Part shown: positions 60,665 to 64,000 of the stretch, piece after piece
Layout of the letters: each line of letters opens with the position of its first letter
Position numbering within the stretch: position 1 is the stretch's first letter
Origin: Glycera tridactyla
Lineage: Eukaryota
DNA length: 64,000 nt
Direction: 5' to 3'
NCBI GenBank assembly: GCA_965644265.1
Contig: OZ286466.1
Span: forward strand, 29,574,001-29,638,000
Translations under genes and position numbers: made by a program
Notes under the pieces: generated by a model
Seen by the model: only the letters and a program-made list of their open reading frames with translations
The model's database searches: none
What the model was told of the DNA's origin: nothing

Positions 60665-63600
60665 CCAGGAAGTGTGGGGTTCAGTTAGGGCATGTAAAAT
60701 GTGAGATCCTACCTTATGACAGCTATTGTTGCCCAGTCCCCCCCCCCCTTCCCCACCATGCCATCTCTCTCAGAGAAACTACAGCTTGCCCTATCTTGAT
60801 CTTGTCTTGACCAACCCACTGACCCCTGACCTCTACCCATAATCCATCACTGCCCTGAGCAACAGCAGCCACCATGCTCAAGAGCAATATCAGCAAACTC
60901 ACTCCTGGGCTTGAATCTGGGTTACTTCCAGAATTGGTTATATTGTGGGCATTTGCCTTCTCAAATGTAAGAAAAGGGGGTATTTCATGACAAAATCGCC
61001 TGAATTATTTCGGTCACCGTGAGAGAACGGAATGTCTTTGATTTAGACAGCATTGATGCATTTGATAGCTTTAACACTGGATGCAAACCAGTGAAATGCA
61101 TTTACATCTTCACAAGATAGCATGCTCCAATGGTCACAAAAGAAACTATCACAGTTTTATCAATGCCATTTGATATATATATATATATGAGCTACCCCCC
61201 CCCCCCCCCGATCTACAGTTGTGCTGAATCCATACAAACATGCACATTTGTCATATGCATATTTGTCATGGTGTAGAATTACCATCAACCACTCCTAATC
61301 TGCACAAAATGATGCACATACAGAGATAAAAGTAACCAAATCTTACAGTTGCTGAACAGCAAACCTGGAAATTCCCTCATCTTCCCATCCCAATGCCTGA
61401 TTCTAAACAATTTTATCAGGCGAATGTCTCAAAATCCTATTCACGAGATACTAAATTGATAAGATCTTCACTGAATCTTGGAAAGAGATGATTAAGTATG
61501 TATCACTCACCATTTTATTATTTATTTCGTGGAAGTGGATTTCACATACTTTGTCTACCGTGTCCTCTGATTCAAATGTGACGAAGGCAAAACCTGCAAC
61601 ATACAAAGAAACGCAACATGGTCAGAAGTACATCAAAAATTGGTGACAACATTCAAAGATGATATTAGAAAATGGCACAAAGATGAAGAAATGAAAAATA
61701 CGAAGGAAACTGTAAGTATGAAGGGGAGATGGCTCCTATGGTGCAGCTTTATATTTGATATTGCTCATGGGAGACATGTATGGATGAGCAGTTCTCTACC
61801 ACATCATCTTCACAGACAATATTTGGACCAATTTTTTTCCATTCACTCAGTTTTTGTGAAAAGAAAATACTGTATTTACTTGAAGAAATCACTCATTCGA
61901 ATGAACTTCTATCCCTCTCAAAATTACAGGTTGAACCTTTCATGTGCTACATTTGTTCACATATGGAGTAGGGCTCTATATGAGATTAAAGACTGAAATG
62001 GTACCATAGCACATCAGAAGGACGTTGCATTGACGTTACATCTCATGAGCCCCCCACCCCAACACATTTGCCCATCACCATCACATACCATCAGTGACGC
62101 TGAAGTAGCAAGGCACGGCAGTTTCTGATGACGCCGCCGCCGATGCCTACATTCACCCGCTCATTAATCTGCATGTCTGAACTAATACTGGGATAAATTG
62201 GCGTACAACATCGCGGCAGCAGCATCGCAGAAAATATTGGAAGCCTTATAACGACGACGATGGCGTGTACTATCCTGATTGCCCGAACTAGGATAAATGT
62301 CCTGTGGCAGCGTTCCTAAATTATTGTACAAACAACGATGACAAGCGCTGTACAGCAAACCAATCTGAACTAAGCCCGAGCACTACATAAGTAGTTTCTG
62401 CGATCCTGCCATCAATTCATACTGGGCCAGATGCCATAGCAACTCTGAACCCATAGGCGCCAAGCTGGAAATGAGCAAATAGCCGAGTGTGGCGCTGGCC
62501 TGCACAATTAAAACAGATATATTGACTCTTGCCAGATGCCCAACAAAATGCCTCCCCAGCAGATAGCAATATATATGTGATGCCATCTGGTGGTTAGGCA
62601 TTTTGGTGGGCATCTGGCAAGAGGCAACAAATAAGGAGTGATCCAAGAAGGCCCAATCTCTTTTTTGCTGGATGCTAGTTTGAATGGTATTTCCATTTAT
62701 CACTTCATGTCTCAATATTGGTTAGGTTTACTGAATTAGATCCCAAAGATGGTTGACTCACTGGATTCACTGGCATCTTTCAAACCATGGGATCATGTAT
62801 GCCATGTCCATTTCAAATCTATAAGAGCCCACACAATGAATACAAGATGATGAGGAGCCAAAGGTAGGTTGTCACTTGGAAATAGCTGTCAGCTCAGACA
62901 CACCTCTACCTACATAATTCAACATGAAACTACCAAACTATTTACATGATACAACATTCTCAATACAAACAGATACAGAGTCTGAGTATGTTTGGTGGCA
63001 TAACACACAAACTCTCTCACTCCCTCCCCACACCCACACCCATACACGCACACACACCAGCAGCGAGGAGATGAATCACTTATGACCGTCATCAATGGTT
63101 ACTTCAACATAGGTCACATTTCTACCGCCAGTAACCGGCATTCCTGCGATGGCAATCACGAGCCGTTGCTAGGTGCATCGTTGGATGGGATGCATCAGCG
63201 ATCACGCCGGCACGTCCGCGTACATTGTCATCTATCTTGCGCGCGCACAAAACAGTGCTATTAAGGCAAATCTTGCTGTTATCTTAATTAATCGAGACAG
63301 GCACGGCCGTCGTCTTTTGGCAATGCGGTGGGGCGGGACACACTGGGAGAGGCATCGATCATGCACGCCACAGCCCCGAGCAGACCCGGTAATCTATCAC
63401 GTCGCGTCGGGATATCTGCGCCACGCAGGCCCCCACTCTCGCAGAAAACATGCCACCACAGCACAGATACAATGTCACAATCCACTGATCAACCAACACC
63501 GCAATTTTTATAATTTCAACGACCAGTTTCAATAAAGTCAAAGAGCAACTGGGACTGATGTTGCTCCTGATCATTGGAGCCCAAATCATTAGTGAAAACA

Positions 63601-63875
63601 GTTCCTAACAAGGCATATCTGTGAAAAGTATCCAGTAACTCTTTGGCACTCATTCCAGGGTTTTTGTGACAATTTGACAATTAAAACAGTGACTTCCCTT
63701 GGATTTTATCAAAATATCATAAAATTAAGAAAAGGCACATAAGAGTCTTATGTGATTTGCCCTGCAGGTACATGCCATCGATGTCAACTTTCAATCAGCG
63801 AAAACAGTAAAGATGCCAATTTTTGAGTGAAATGATGGCAATAGGAATCAAATGAAAGGTGTGAATTATTGACTA

Positions 63876-64000
63876 CAGTGAAACCTGCTCAAGTGTAAAC
63901 CTGCGCTAGGCGAAATCCTGTCTTAAGCACATACCCCACGGTCTGCTTGGATGTTTTTTTCTCACTATAATTGTCCTGTGCTAAGCAAAATCCTGTCCTA
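63876..64000 (+). mobile_element. Tc1/mariner-type MITE, cut by window end
   Basis: TA-CAGTGAAACCTG start identical to the 308 element; internal repeated aatcctgtc units. Confidence 0.7.

Noticed and set aside
1-64000. tRNA, rRNA, CRISPR arrays or other prokaryotic systems
   Set aside because: None seen; the tandem repeats lack unique spacers and the DNA is intron-rich animal sequence.

Overview
Animal (invertebrate bilaterian-like, AT-rich) genomic DNA. The window is dominated by the 3' two-thirds of one minus-strand gene, a Musashi (MSI1/MSI2/Rbp6-type) RNA-binding protein gene. Six coding exons could be assembled by hand with GT-AG boundaries and consistent phases: 60383-60302, 50943(or 50955)-50869, 47084-46956, 43424-43185, 38654-38458 and 24267-24226. 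They read VECKKAQPKEVMMP...ANSPGALDMY...AASPQPSGFPSIA|GTLIPTAFQNGFH*. RRM1 and most of RRM2 lie beyond position 64000. A donor 43 nt after the stop suggests a 3'UTR intron with two near-identical acceptors (24128 and 21408). The distal acceptor would open a terminal exon of up to about 12.7 kb, ending at a good poly(A) signal at 8705-8710. Positions 1-8510 are a patchwork of transposon remnants (Tc1/mariner MITEs, SINEs, RTE and I/Nimb LINE ends, Helentron-like elements) plus an N gap. The most notable unexplained signals are clusters of RFX X-box and CTCF-like motifs, frame-preserving modular exons, candidate alternative last exons and two strong hairpins. All splice, UTR and motif calls come from reading the sequence; there is no transcript or binding evidence, and most other ORFs in the track appear to be noise.
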